From the IMG/VR virus record IMGVR_UViG_3300031993_000032: a stretch of DNA of 64,000 nt, one strand, 5' to 3'. This stretch comes from a virus. Lineage: Duplodnaviria; Heunggongvirae; Uroviricota; Caudoviricetes. The notes beneath the pieces were generated by a model, which was not told the DNA's origin, did not search any database, and worked only from the letters and a program-made list of their open reading frames with translations. Below are positions 28,269-37,658 of the stretch, piece after piece (positions within the stretch are counted from its first letter, which is position 1; each line of letters opens with the position of its first letter). Both the position numbers and the translations under genes were made by a program.

Positions 28269-28789
28269 AGCTCTTGAACCTATTCTATGCAGTGTGTGCG
28301 CTCCGTGCGGCATGCCGTGTAATTTCCCACATCAAGGGGAACCATGCACGCATGGTCAAGGCGTCGCACAAGGCAGTCCATATGAATGCGCACATGTTCG
28401 TGTACGCAGAGTACTACGGATACCATATCCTTGGGCACAAGGACATTTCCATAACGAGCTATCTTACACGGCATGCGTATCATTTCGGCAAGGACGAACT
28501 CATCAAGTTCAACATGGACTGGCTATGGCAGCAGATCAACTTGACAAAGCCGTGCTATAATTCGTCACGCTACACGACAGCCGTATATATCGACGGCGAT
28601 CCGGAAGGCGTACGGTGCGAAAAGCAGTTTTACAATGCCGTCAGGCGTAGGTGGCCGTACCAGTCAGCCGATGCGATGGTTCGCCATTATCCGGAACTGA
28701 AGACGGAGATTAATCAGATCATGTACTGGTTCAACCGTTTCGACCCGGTATCCAAATCGCTACGGATGTGCGATCTTGATAGGCTATAA
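28265..28789 (+). CDS. membrane-anchored protein, paralog 8
   Basis: ORF track. Bidirectional terminator at 28793-28822. Confidence 0.5.
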   Translation: MKLLNLFYAVCALRAACRVISHIKGNHARMVKASHKAVHMNAHMFVYAEYYGYHILGHKDISITSYLTRHAYHFGKDELIKFNMDWLWQQINLTKPCYNSSRYTTAVYIDGDPEGVRCEKQFYNAVRRRWPYQSADAMVRHYPELKTEINQIMYWFNRFDPVSKSLRMCDLDRL

Positions 28790-28843
28790 GAAAAAGGCGA
28801 CCGATTTCTCGGTCGTCTTTTGGTATGTCGGCAAAGAAACCTC

Positions 28844-29680
28844 TTAGACCTGGACGAAGGTAGGGATCTCGTCGAAGGTATCCTTGAACTTCGGAATCCT
28901 GGTCTGCTTTACCATTGCGTTCCATGCGAGCACCACGTTGCAGTACTTGATGCTTTCACGGATGTTGGTCTTGGCGTTGCGGAAGAGCCACTTGCGGAGA
29001 GCGTTGACGTATTCGTCCGGATGGGTGTCCTCGCTGATTGCGCCGGTGATGAAGCTTTCGACGCTGTCCCAGTCGTAGCCGAGGTCGTTGATGAGGTAGT
29101 ACATGACGGAACCGGCGGTTCTTGGAGTCAGCATGCGGTTGGCATGTGTCAGAGGATAGACAGTGGAAATGATGCGCTGGTACATTTCGGAGTGTGCATG
29201 GTATTCCTCGGTCACCTCGGTGTTGGTCATGGGGATGAGCTCGACGTTCTTGAAGGTGTTGTTGCGGATCAAATGGACGCCGTGGATGATGCTGGCGATC
29301 TGGGTATTGTACTTCACGCCTTCGATCTGCAGAGCCTGAGCTGCGTTACGAGAGTGGCCGCAGTTGATGGTGGTGAAGGTCTTGCGGTCGATGTTCTTGA
29401 TCACGCTGGTGGCGAACGGGGTATTGGCCTTGATGCAAGCGTGGAGACGGTGCTGACCGTCGATGACGCCGCCGTCCTTGTCGAGGACGATGGTCTCGCC
29501 GTTGAGCATCCAGCCACGGTTCGCCATAATCTTGGCGAAGCGTGTCACCCATTTCTGGTTGATGCGGCGGTTCGTGATACCGAGCATTTCGGTCTTCTTG
29601 AGCATGGCGGAGGCCATTGCCGGGGTAATGTTCATCAAGCAGTGCTTGGGCTTTTCGTGAGTTTCGATTTCTCTTGTCAT
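28844..29680 (-). CDS. ParB-like nuclease-domain (ParB/Srx fold, DGQHRL motif) protein
   Basis: IVLDKDGGVIDGQHRL motif. RBS AAAAGGAA. Promoter TTGACA-N17-TATATT at 29717-29745. Confidence 0.65.
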   Translation of the reverse strand: MTREIETHEKPKHCLMNITPAMASAMLKKTEMLGITNRRINQKWVTRFAKIMANRGWMLNGETIVLDKDGGVIDGQHRLHACIKANTPFATSVIKNIDRKTFTTINCGHSRNAAQALQIEGVKYNTQIASIIHGVHLIRNNTFKNVELIPMTNTEVTEEYHAHSEMYQRIISTVYPLTHANRMLTPRTAGSVMYYLINDLGYDWDSVESFITGAISEDTHPDEYVNALRKWLFRNAKTNIRESIKYCNVVLAWNAMVKQTRIPKFKDTFDEIPTFVQV

Positions 29681-29716
29681 GGTAAATTCCTTTTAGGATA
29701 AGATGTTTGTATTCAG

Positions 29717-29745
29717 AATATAGTAAATAAAACAAACCGTGTCAA
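29717..29745 (-). promoter_or_regulatory. sigma-70-type promoter TTGACA-N17-TATATT
   Basis: Read directly from the sequence. Confidence 0.6.
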
Positions 29746-29784
29746 CGAATGTCGGCACGGTTTAATTTTATTTTTCCTCACGTA

Positions 29785-29976
29785 TTAGCGGTTGTACCAA
29801 TGGACAAATTTGTAGTCACGGTTGATAATGCCCTCGGTGATTTGCGATGGATAGACACGAAGCGCATCAAGGTCTTCGTGTGTTGTTCTGGAGTTGCTGT
29901 AGTAGCCATACCCATCGTAATCAATGAGGCATCCGCTCTGGCAATCCTCGATAAATTCGTCCAGCTCTAACACCAT
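29785..29976 (-). CDS. hypothetical 63-aa protein
   Basis: ORF 29785..30069 trimmed to the ATG 1 nt after the upstream stop. Confidence 0.4.
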   Translation of the reverse strand: MVLELDEFIEDCQSGCLIDYDGYGYYSNSRTTHEDLDALRVYPSQITEGIINRDYKFVHWYNR

Positions 29977-29977
29977 A

Positions 29978-30265
29978 TTACACGTCTTTATATTCCCATT
30001 TACCATCGATTTCGACAGCTCGTAGGAACTGCAAGTCCATAATAGCACCTTTAGACAGAACGGTATCAAGCGTTGTTTCTATGATTGCGTAATCCCGATG
30101 ATTCTCGGTGTCTTCAAGGTGGTTGATTACCGTCGACTGCGAATCGCCTGTATATCTGTTAACCAGTGCGTTCCACTCGTTGATGGACAGACGGTCGCAC
30201 AAGTACTTACCCTCGATGTAAAGTCTAATTCTCTGGTTTGGTACGGTCACCTTCTGATTAGTCAT
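29978..30265 (-). CDS. hypothetical 95-aa protein
   Basis: ORF 29978..30322 trimmed to Met20 after a CGAGGAG RBS. Confidence 0.5.
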   Translation of the reverse strand: MTNQKVTVPNQRIRLYIEGKYLCDRLSINEWNALVNRYTGDSQSTVINHLEDTENHRDYAIIETTLDTVLSKGAIMDLQFLRAVEIDGKWEYKDV

Positions 30266-30401
30266 TTTGTTTAAACTCCTCGTTATGGAAGGTTTCCCAG
30301 ATGTCCCACCGCTTGCCTCCAAGCATGTCGCACTCCTGGTAAACCAGCTCGACTGGACGTAGGCTCAACAGAAAGTCGATAATGCGATCAACTATCTTCA
30401 C
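30258..30401 (-). CDS. small 47-aa ORF (GTG start)
   Basis: AGAAGG RBS. Translationally coupled to its neighbours. Not in the ORF track. Confidence 0.3.
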   Translation of the reverse strand: MKIVDRIIDFLLSLRPVELVYQECDMLGGKRWDIWETFHNEEFKQND

Positions 30402-30413
30402 GGTAAACCTTCT

Positions 30414-30551
30414 TTACGTTCTGTGTCGAGGTTTCTTTTTCTCAAATACCGCGTCGTAGGCTTCGTCGATAGCCTTTTCCACCTCAAGTGATACATTAAG
30501 GCGGCAGCCCAGCTTTTCAGCGCACGTTCTCAACTTTTGCATCACTGGCAT
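30414..30551 (-). CDS. small 45-aa ORF
   Basis: ATG 4 nt after the stop of the upstream gene. Confidence 0.3.
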   Translation of the reverse strand: MPVMQKLRTCAEKLGCRLNVSLEVEKAIDEAYDAVFEKKKPRHRT

Positions 30552-30555
30552 AGCA

Positions 30556-31653
30556 TCACCGAGTATGTTCAGGGAACTGGTTCAGTACGTAATTGTGCCC
30601 TAACGCACTAGACTCCGCCATTACCTTGCTGAGAAATTCCTTGATAGCCTTCTCGTCCTTCTCGGCGGTATCGTCCATGTGGGTGTCGATACGGTCGCAA
30701 CGCTTGCAGAATTCCTCGTAGCTCCATACCTTAATGATCGGACCGTACTTGCCGATGAATTCTTGCTTTCCGCCGTTGGAGGCGAAGCAAGACTCGCTGA
30801 TATTGGGATTGTACATCGGAGTTACGTAATTGCATTCGTGTCTGTACATGACGTTCAGACCGTTTGCGAATGCGTAACGTACGTACCGCTTGTACAAGGT
30901 CATTCTTGGCATGTCACCAAGGATTCTCGTATAAATGATGAACTCGGTTGGATTCACGGAGATTTTTTCCGGGAACGTGGAGAGTTCGGAACATTCCATG
31001 AAGTTGGACGAAATTACCGGATTCTTTGCCTGGTAATATCCATTGAAATACTGGCCGAACCGTCCCGAGTATGTCTGAATAACGGCACCAGAATGCATCG
31101 ACCCAAGTCCACGCTGGATACAGATATGAATGTTGCTAATCGCACATTCTACTTTGTCACGCAGTTTCTCGACCTTATGACGCCACGGCATCTGACCGTC
31201 CAGCTGTACGAAAATGACTGTATTTAACCAGCCTAGATTTGAAGTCTTGTTACGCAGCGATTCGAAAACAGATGACGGCGAGAATAGCAACTTGTCACCG
31301 ATTTCATTGGAGTCTCCCCAGTTGGAACGTACCGGCTCGTTCAGCTCGTCATAATGCAACGTAGCGGACGAAATCTGTGCGGCGAGAAACAGCTTCTTGT
31401 CATAATCTTCAATGATACATGCCCCGTCAAGCCGTGCAGTGTACTGCGTAGACTCGATGTAGAACCGTTTGTACGGTCGGATACGGAACAAGCGCTTCAC
31501 GCCTCGAATGATATTACGTGCGATCAAATCTTGCTGGATATGCAAGAATTCCTTGGAGTCAACGTCCCACGAATAGAACATCAATTCGTCCAATTCTCTT
31601 GGAGTCTGGTGTGTTGGCGGAGGCGGTGAAGGTAATGCTGATCTTCTGATCAT
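30556..31653 (-). CDS. hypothetical protein (365 aa), possibly enzymatic
   Basis: ORF track. AAGGAAAA RBS. No family recognised. Confidence 0.55.
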   Translation of the reverse strand: MIRRSALPSPPPPTHQTPRELDELMFYSWDVDSKEFLHIQQDLIARNIIRGVKRLFRIRPYKRFYIESTQYTARLDGACIIEDYDKKLFLAAQISSATLHYDELNEPVRSNWGDSNEIGDKLLFSPSSVFESLRNKTSNLGWLNTVIFVQLDGQMPWRHKVEKLRDKVECAISNIHICIQRGLGSMHSGAVIQTYSGRFGQYFNGYYQAKNPVISSNFMECSELSTFPEKISVNPTEFIIYTRILGDMPRMTLYKRYVRYAFANGLNVMYRHECNYVTPMYNPNISESCFASNGGKQEFIGKYGPIIKVWSYEEFCKRCDRIDTHMDDTAEKDEKAIKEFLSKVMAESSALGHNYVLNQFPEHTR

Positions 31654-31664
31654 GATATTTTCCT

Positions 31665-32753
31665 TTATACAAGTTGTGCAGCGAGGTCTCCGAAGGCGTC
31701 AAAGAAACCGTTCGGATAGAATTCGAATTCGCCGTTCTGGTCGATGTTGATTTTCTGGTTACCATACATCATGTAGTAGCCACGGACACCAAGTGTCCGG
31801 ATCTGCAGCTTCACGTCATACAGCGCAGTGATATTCTTGATACAGCCGACATATCGTCCTTGAGGGTCGAACAGATCGACTTGCGGATCGAGGTCGTTGT
31901 GGATGACTATCGGAGAGAACCGATATTCTTCTCGCTTCTTGGGAGTAACTGTATGCTTGCTACGGCGAATGTCATAGATGACCTTCTGGATAGCGATAGG
32001 TGCGGTCGTATATCCATCAAGCAACGTGTGTGACTGTAGATATTCTTGCACCGGCGTAATTGAGTAAGCCAAGCGTTCGTTCATTTCTTCGATAGTCTTG
32101 TCGCTATAGTCGCGTTTCAGACAGTCATGAATCAAGTACCACTCGTCATTGGCATTAGCTCTCCAGAGACAGTCCCTATGGTAGTCCCACAGTGCGTCAT
32201 GGATGTCGCTTCGGATATCTTCCTGGTGTTCTACAAAGCCTACAAAGCAGTCTGAATGCACTTCCGGAAATTCCACGCCGTTTGCGGATCCGGTTCCGTA
32301 CGCAAGACGGTAGTAGACAGTGTCGAATACTCCGTCGGTAATCACTTTCATGATGTCGGAATAAGCCGCATGGAGCATAACACGGAAATAGCACTTGCCA
32401 CCGACATGACGGGTGCATTCAATGTTGTATGCAAAGAAATAAGGCTGGTATTGATCCTTGTCTGTCGGATGGAAATCATGGGAACAGTGGTTTGCCACTG
32501 TAACCTTGATGTCCTTGCATTTCCAGTGTTTCAGCTCGGCGATGATTCTCGGCATGAGCTTCTTGTACGGCTTGACATGCGTATTGACGAGTCGCCATAC
32601 TTCAGCCAGTGCGGGGCCTTCTATACGGGCACCTTGAGCAAGTTCAGTAGCCTTAGCTTCTACTTCGTCAAGTAGTTCCGTCTTGATGCATTCCGGTCGC
32701 TCTGAGGCGATCTGACGCAACTGTCGGAAAAGGTGGGCTACGGTCGTATTCAT
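31665..32753 (-). CDS. hypothetical protein (362 aa) sharing a C-terminal domain of about 90 aa with the 33246..34124 product
   Basis: ORF 31665..32900 (TTG) trimmed to Met50. ATGA overlap with the upstream gene. The paralogous C-terminal stretch is GYY.M..Q.I.ID..G..E.YP..FFD. Confidence 0.5.
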   Translation of the reverse strand: MNTTVAHLFRQLRQIASERPECIKTELLDEVEAKATELAQGARIEGPALAEVWRLVNTHVKPYKKLMPRIIAELKHWKCKDIKVTVANHCSHDFHPTDKDQYQPYFFAYNIECTRHVGGKCYFRVMLHAAYSDIMKVITDGVFDTVYYRLAYGTGSANGVEFPEVHSDCFVGFVEHQEDIRSDIHDALWDYHRDCLWRANANDEWYLIHDCLKRDYSDKTIEEMNERLAYSITPVQEYLQSHTLLDGYTTAPIAIQKVIYDIRRSKHTVTPKKREEYRFSPIVIHNDLDPQVDLFDPQGRYVGCIKNITALYDVKLQIRTLGVRGYYMMYGNQKINIDQNGEFEFYPNGFFDAFGDLAAQLV

Positions 32754-33268
32754 TTGTGCATTTCCTTGTCGGCGTAGTCCTTGAGGGCTTCGTTCTGAAC
32801 GTTCCTCAATCGGCGAGTGATTGAACTCACAGCGCTCTCGATCATGGAGCTCGCCTTCCTTGCGGTAATCACCTTGGCACGCATGATGTCGCCAACGCAA
32901 TGATTATCCATGTCCTTCTTGCTTGTGAAGCGGATTGTTTGAACGGTATCGTTATAATCATCGCCTTTCTTGGCATGACCCATATAGACGAGTCGAGAGA
33001 ACTGCAGAAAGTACCTATTATTGCCGTCCCATTTTTTTGCACCGACGACTTTTCCGAGACGGAAATAGTTATCTCCGTCGATTTCGTCGCAAGGATCCCA
33101 GCCAGGGATAACGACCCACTTGTCCATGATACGGCGGAGCTTTCCGTTGATGTCGGCCAGCATCACTCGGTCACGGATTTTATTTTGTTCGTCATACAAC
33201 TTGTCGATGGTCGTCTCGATTTCTTCGAGCCTATTCAAATCTTCTTCATGCGTTGTATTCGTCATCAT
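32750..33268 (-). CDS. hypothetical protein (172 aa)
   Basis: ORF track. AGAGG RBS. Confidence 0.55.
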   Translation of the reverse strand: MMTNTTHEEDLNRLEEIETTIDKLYDEQNKIRDRVMLADINGKLRRIMDKWVVIPGWDPCDEIDGDNYFRLGKVVGAKKWDGNNRYFLQFSRLVYMGHAKKGDDYNDTVQTIRFTSKKDMDNHCVGDIMRAKVITARKASSMIESAVSSITRRLRNVQNEALKDYADKEMHK

Positions 33269-34124
33269 TTACCTCTGGGTTGATTGGTTGCGGATAGATT
33301 TCTGCGAGTTTCGATTGGAATAGTGACTGGACTTCGGTATCGGTGGACAGCAAGTCGCCAGCTGCAGTGATAACGGTATCAAAGAAATTTATCGGATATT
33401 CTTCGATATTTCCGTAGCGGTCGATATCGATGCGCTGCCCGTCGAACATGAAGTAGTAGCCAGCCAAACGCTGCAGACCGATCTGCCTACGGACATCCTC
33501 GAATGCCGTGTCGTTCTTGACTTCGCCTACCTTGAATCCGTCCGGATTGTACAAGGTTGTTGGCTTGTCGAGGTCATTACGCACAATGACCTTCATCCTT
33601 GCCGGATTGATGAACTTGATACGGTCAAGGTCGATCTCGTGCTCTACGGTGTCGTCGATCAGTACGTTAAACTTGTTGGTATCGTCGACACCCCACTTCC
33701 ATACAGTAGGCTTGTTCAGCCCATACGAACCGAATCCGCCTGGTTGCAGCAACGTATCTCGGTCGAACGCAAAATCAGAACACTGGCCGATCAACGTGTC
33801 GACCGCATCTTCCTTGACGAAGATAGTGCCACGGTGCTCCTTGTCGACCCCAATCCTCTTGTACAAGTTATCTACAAGCCCAAGCTCGATTTCGGAACGG
33901 TGTACCCATCCCCAAGTATAGATATTCACCTTGTAATGGTGTCCGTCGTGCTTGTGGATATATTCCTTGATATTATCACATTGGTGGTTCAGAAAATTCG
34001 CATTGAACAAGTCGTCAATAAGCGTTCCCTCGATATCTACATAGATCTCGATATCGGCTTCCTTCTTGCGTTTCATTGGAGTCGTATTGATTACTGGTTC
34101 TTCGTGATGTACAGGATAAGTCAT
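33246..34124 (-). CDS. hypothetical protein with a weak HAD-like N-terminal motif (VDIEGTL) and the C-terminal domain shared with 31665..32753
   Basis: ORF trimmed to Met26, which sits 6 nt after the TATATT of promoter 34131-34159. Confidence 0.5.
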   Translation of the reverse strand: MTYPVHHEEPVINTTPMKRKKEADIEIYVDIEGTLIDDLFNANFLNHQCDNIKEYIHKHDGHHYKVNIYTWGWVHRSEIELGLVDNLYKRIGVDKEHRGTIFVKEDAVDTLIGQCSDFAFDRDTLLQPGGFGSYGLNKPTVWKWGVDDTNKFNVLIDDTVEHEIDLDRIKFINPARMKVIVRNDLDKPTTLYNPDGFKVGEVKNDTAFEDVRRQIGLQRLAGYYFMFDGQRIDIDRYGNIEEYPINFFDTVITAAGDLLSTDTEVQSLFQSKLAEIYPQPINPEVNDDEYNA

Positions 34125-34130
34125 GTACAA

Positions 34131-34159
34131 AATATAGTAAATACTCTGATGAGTGTCAA
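34131..34159 (-). promoter_or_regulatory. sigma-70-type promoter TTGACA-N17-TATATT with the ATG 6 nt downstream (leaderless)
   Basis: Read directly from the sequence. Confidence 0.6.
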
Positions 34160-34222
34160 CGCAGAAAGGCCAGCCTTGCGGCTGGCCTTGTTGTATCAAC
34201 AGAGGTAAATTTTAACGAACTA

Positions 34223-35848
34223 TTATTCCCAAGGGAGCTTGCGGTCAGACTTCGGCTGAGCCTTCTTGACGTTGTTTACAACGGTCTTGAGCTGTTCAGC
34301 GGTCATCTTGGGTGCAGCCTTCGGTTCTTCGGCCTTGGGAGCTTCGGCAGCCTTCGGTGCTTCGTTCACGACAGTACACTGGCACGGTTCTGCCTTGTTG
34401 GAACCTACTCCAGCAAGCTTGGCACCGAACATGGAGCTGAGCACGTTCGGAAGATTGATGCCAAGGGATTCGGTGAGACCGTTGGACATCTTGGTAAGAG
34501 TGCTGATAAGGTTGCCAGTGAGATTTTCTGGGCCGTGTTCGCCATACATGACGAGGCTTCCGATCTTTTCCCACGGCTTGGCGAGAGATTCTGCCATGTG
34601 CGGCAACTGTTCGAAGTACTTTTCGAGAGCCTTGAGCTGCATTTCTTGACGAGCAGCTTCGCCGTACTTCTGCATTGCTTCTGCCTTCTGGTCGAGGGCA
34701 GCGGCTTCTGCAAGACCCTTTGCCTTGATGGCATCAGCCTCAGCTTCACCACGAGCACGGATAGCTTCAGCGTCGTTGAATGCACGAGTCTTTTCGGCTT
34801 CGGAAATCTGCTTGATGGCTTCTGCTTCTTGAGTCTTTGCGAAGAGCTTTGCTTCGGCATCCTTGTTCTGGCGGTAGAGGTCAGCTTCAGAGTTCTGGAT
34901 CTGGGCTTGACGGTTAGCTTCGGCCTTCTTCTGGATTTCAGCTTCGAGTTCTTTCTGCTTCACAGTGACCATGCGTTCACGGATTTCGGCTTCCTTTTCT
35001 TGGCGAGCGCATTCCGCTTCTGCAGCCTTGATATTAATGGTCTTCTGCTGTTCTTGCTTCTGGATTTCGTATGCGGCGTCTGCTTCGGCCTTTTTGGTGT
35101 CGGCTTGACGCTTAAGGTCAGCCTTCTTCACTTCGAGGTCATTCTGCTTCTGGGCGATTTCGAGGTCAGCAGCGACCTTAGCATCGTTGGCTTCCTTTGC
35201 AGCCTTGGATTCGGCGATGCTAATATCACGGTCGGAATTAGCTTTAGAGATCGCCGCAGCCTTACGAATAGCGGATGTCTTGTCTACACCGAGGTCTTTG
35301 ATGACGCCCTTGTCGTCAACAAAGTTCTGGATGTTGAAAGTCTGGATTTCCAAGCCGAGTTTCTTGAGGTCTGGGTCAGCATTTTCACGAACGAGATCAG
35401 ACACACCCTTACGGTCATTGACAAGCTTGACGAGTTCCATCTGGCCGACAATTTCACGCATGTTGCCTTCCAGGATGTCCTTGATGTTGCTTGCAATGTT
35501 TTCTGTAGAGTTATTCAAGAAGTTCTGGGCAGATGCTTCCAAAAGTTTTTCATCATCAGACACCTTCACTGTCACGACGGCATCGACGTCAACGTTGATG
35601 TAGTCGCTTGTCGGAATTGCCTTGGTCTTCACGTCGATGGGGAAGAGCTTCAAGCTAAGCTTGTCGGCTCGTTCCAAGAACGGAATCTTGAATCCGGCAT
35701 GGCCGATGACGGTGCGGCGCTTGCGGAAACCGGAAATGATGATGACTTCGTCGGGTGCGGCCTTGATATAGGACACGCAGAAGAGGATAATGAGGAAGAG
35801 CACGACGACTGCAATTCCACCATAGAGCAGAATACTGGAAAGATCCAT
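34223..35848 (-). CDS. flotillin-like SPFH/band-7 protein (N-terminal TM, SPFH domain, long EA/KA-rich coiled-coil)
   Basis: Domain architecture recognised by eye. AAGGAAA RBS. Confidence 0.75.
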   Translation of the reverse strand: MDLSSILLYGGIAVVVLFLIILFCVSYIKAAPDEVIIISGFRKRRTVIGHAGFKIPFLERADKLSLKLFPIDVKTKAIPTSDYINVDVDAVVTVKVSDDEKLLEASAQNFLNNSTENIASNIKDILEGNMREIVGQMELVKLVNDRKGVSDLVRENADPDLKKLGLEIQTFNIQNFVDDKGVIKDLGVDKTSAIRKAAAISKANSDRDISIAESKAAKEANDAKVAADLEIAQKQNDLEVKKADLKRQADTKKAEADAAYEIQKQEQQKTINIKAAEAECARQEKEAEIRERMVTVKQKELEAEIQKKAEANRQAQIQNSEADLYRQNKDAEAKLFAKTQEAEAIKQISEAEKTRAFNDAEAIRARGEAEADAIKAKGLAEAAALDQKAEAMQKYGEAARQEMQLKALEKYFEQLPHMAESLAKPWEKIGSLVMYGEHGPENLTGNLISTLTKMSNGLTESLGINLPNVLSSMFGAKLAGVGSNKAEPCQCTVVNEAPKAAEAPKAEEPKAAPKMTAEQLKTVVNNVKKAQPKSDRKLPWE

Positions 35849-35863
35849 GTTACTGTTTCCTTG

Positions 35864-36274
35864 TTATTGTTGATTGTTTCTGATGTCTACATCGCCAGAC
35901 ACGGTACTCACCGATCCAGCGACGCTACCTCTGACATCGACATCCCCAGAGACTGCGGATACCGAGCCACTTACATCGCCGTGGATTTCGATGTCGCCAG
36001 ACGTCGTACTGACGTTGCCGACATTTCCGTTCACGACAATGTTCGGAAGATTTTGTACGGACTTGAGATTGCCAACGATGTTGATCCCAGCGATACGGCT
36101 ACCGCATTCGATGCGCTGACCGCCGATGATCACCACATTGTCCGATTCTAATGTGATATCACCTTGTACGTGGAAATCTTCGGAATCGTTCACGGAGACC
36201 ATTACGTTTCCGTTGGCGTCCTTGAGCGTGACGGAACTTTTACCGTCAAGTCCTTTTGCAATTTGTACATTCAT
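35864..36274 (-). CDS. bactofilin-like (DUF583-type beta-helical GxV repeat) protein
   Basis: Repeats GDVSGSVSAVSGDVDVRGSVAGSV. TAATG overlap with the upstream gene. Confidence 0.55.
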   Translation of the reverse strand: MNVQIAKGLDGKSSVTLKDANGNVMVSVNDSEDFHVQGDITLESDNVVIIGGQRIECGSRIAGINIVGNLKSVQNLPNIVVNGNVGNVSTTSGDIEIHGDVSGSVSAVSGDVDVRGSVAGSVSTVSGDVDIRNNQQ

Positions 36275-37065
36275 TACCAGTCCCTCACTGAACCGTTAAG
36301 CCATTCATTTGGCGCAACTACGAAGAATACTACTGCGATGATAATAATTAACGAGAAGCATATCCAGAAATACAGTACGCCATGTTCTCTGATGTAGTAA
36401 TCGATCGCACCGTCAAGTGGAACTCCGTCCGCCCACATCGAATCGTTGATTCGGTGGTTGACCGCATTCGTGTACATCGTTCCGGTGTAAGTCAAGTTAC
36501 GACCGTAGTACACGTAGCGTTGGCGATTCGACATCAATGCGTCCCATAGCCCAGTCTTCTTGATGGGAATCGTTTCGATATAATGTTCCCTAGGCAACGC
36601 AGGGAATTCCGAATAATAGAACCGCTTGCCAAGGAAGTCCACATGGTTGACACTGAAATGGTCAGTCTTCATGACGTCCCACGTCCAGTATGTCTCCGTA
36701 TGGCAATGACGGTTCTTTCCCTCGCCAGAGCAGACAGTACGATGGTGCTTTCTGTATTCCTCCAAGTCACGAGTAAGTGTCATGTAGTGTCCGATACCGT
36801 CGTCGGTAACGAACTCGACTGCGCTTACAGTTCCATATGCCAGCATGTGGCCAGCATCTGTTTTGAAGGCATAGTTAAATTGCGTTGAGTCGGAGACATG
36901 TACTGCGTGATAGAACTTCACGTTGTACTCGTCCTGGGCTTGTGCGATTTTGTTGGCAATGATGCAGCCCAAGATAATGGCCAGCAACACGCCGACAAGC
37001 GACACGAAAAACTCACGGACGGTCAGATCCCAGCTACCGCCATCAAATAGCGTACGAGAACTCAT
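36274..37065 (-). CDS. membrane protein (N- and C-terminal TM, Cys-containing extracytoplasmic domain), LemA partner
   Basis: ORF track. TAATG coupling to lemA. Confidence 0.55.
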   Translation of the reverse strand: MSSRTLFDGGSWDLTVREFFVSLVGVLLAIILGCIIANKIAQAQDEYNVKFYHAVHVSDSTQFNYAFKTDAGHMLAYGTVSAVEFVTDDGIGHYMTLTRDLEEYRKHHRTVCSGEGKNRHCHTETYWTWDVMKTDHFSVNHVDFLGKRFYYSEFPALPREHYIETIPIKKTGLWDALMSNRQRYVYYGRNLTYTGTMYTNAVNHRINDSMWADGVPLDGAIDYYIREHGVLYFWICFSLIIIIAVVFFVVAPNEWLNGSVRDW

Positions 37066-37640
37066 TAGTCTTTCTGATCCTTTTTCTTCTTCAAGAGACC
37101 AGTAGGCGCATCAACCGGAGCATTTGCAAACTCCAAGAAGTCGTATTTCTGTGCAACGTAGCCAAGGATAGACAAGCAGAAACGAGCCGGGAATCCACGC
37201 ACGTAAGCATTGTAGTTGCCTACCATGGTGTTGTAGTCGTTTCTGTGCGAAGCGATACGATTTTCGGTCATGGCGAGTTCCGTCATGTACCGGTCGTAAT
37301 TCTCGATAGAACGGAGCTGCGGATAGCGTTCGACCACGCCCTGGATGTATGCGGACGCATTCACGTTGCCCTTGCCGCCTTCCGGTGTACGAGCCTTGGA
37401 GAGTTCGACGATCACTTGCGCTTCGTGCTCGTCATAGCTCATGACAGCTTCGGCCAAGTTGACCAAGAGTCCGGCACGGCGGTTGTATTCCGCATTGAGG
37501 TTGGAATTAGCACGTTCGACGAGCTGTTCCATCTGGATAGCACGGTTCTGGTAGTTCTGCACCATGAAGATGGATGCGACGATAGTGAGTGCAATGACGA
37601 CGACAAATCCGATTGCGCCGAGGATGATTGCTTTTGCCAT
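37065..37640 (-). CDS. lemA: LemA-family protein
   Basis: N-terminal TM, then YN..A..L.......VIVELSKARTPEGG.....TENRIA..R.DYN....YN...R.FP. AAAGGAAAA RBS. Confidence 0.75.
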   Translation of the reverse strand: MAKAIILGAIGFVVVIALTIVASIFMVQNYQNRAIQMEQLVERANSNLNAEYNRRAGLLVNLAEAVMSYDEHEAQVIVELSKARTPEGGKGNVNASAYIQGVVERYPQLRSIENYDRYMTELAMTENRIASHRNDYNTMVGNYNAYVRGFPARFCLSILGYVAQKYDFLEFANAPVDAPTGLLKKKKDQKD

Positions 37641-37658
37641 TTTGTTTTCCTTTGTTGA

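Noticed and set aside
28844-29680. Chromosome-partitioning ParB function
   Set aside because: Only the ParB/Srx nuclease-like N-terminal fold (DGQHRL) is present. There is no HTH or dimerisation domain and no parA or parS. It is more likely a nuclease or DNA-modification enzyme.
34535-36151. 538-aa plus-strand ORF opposite the flotillin and bactofilin genes
   Set aside because: It is the antisense of the GC-rich EA/KA repeat region and is low-complexity. The opposite-strand genes have recognisable domains and RBSs.
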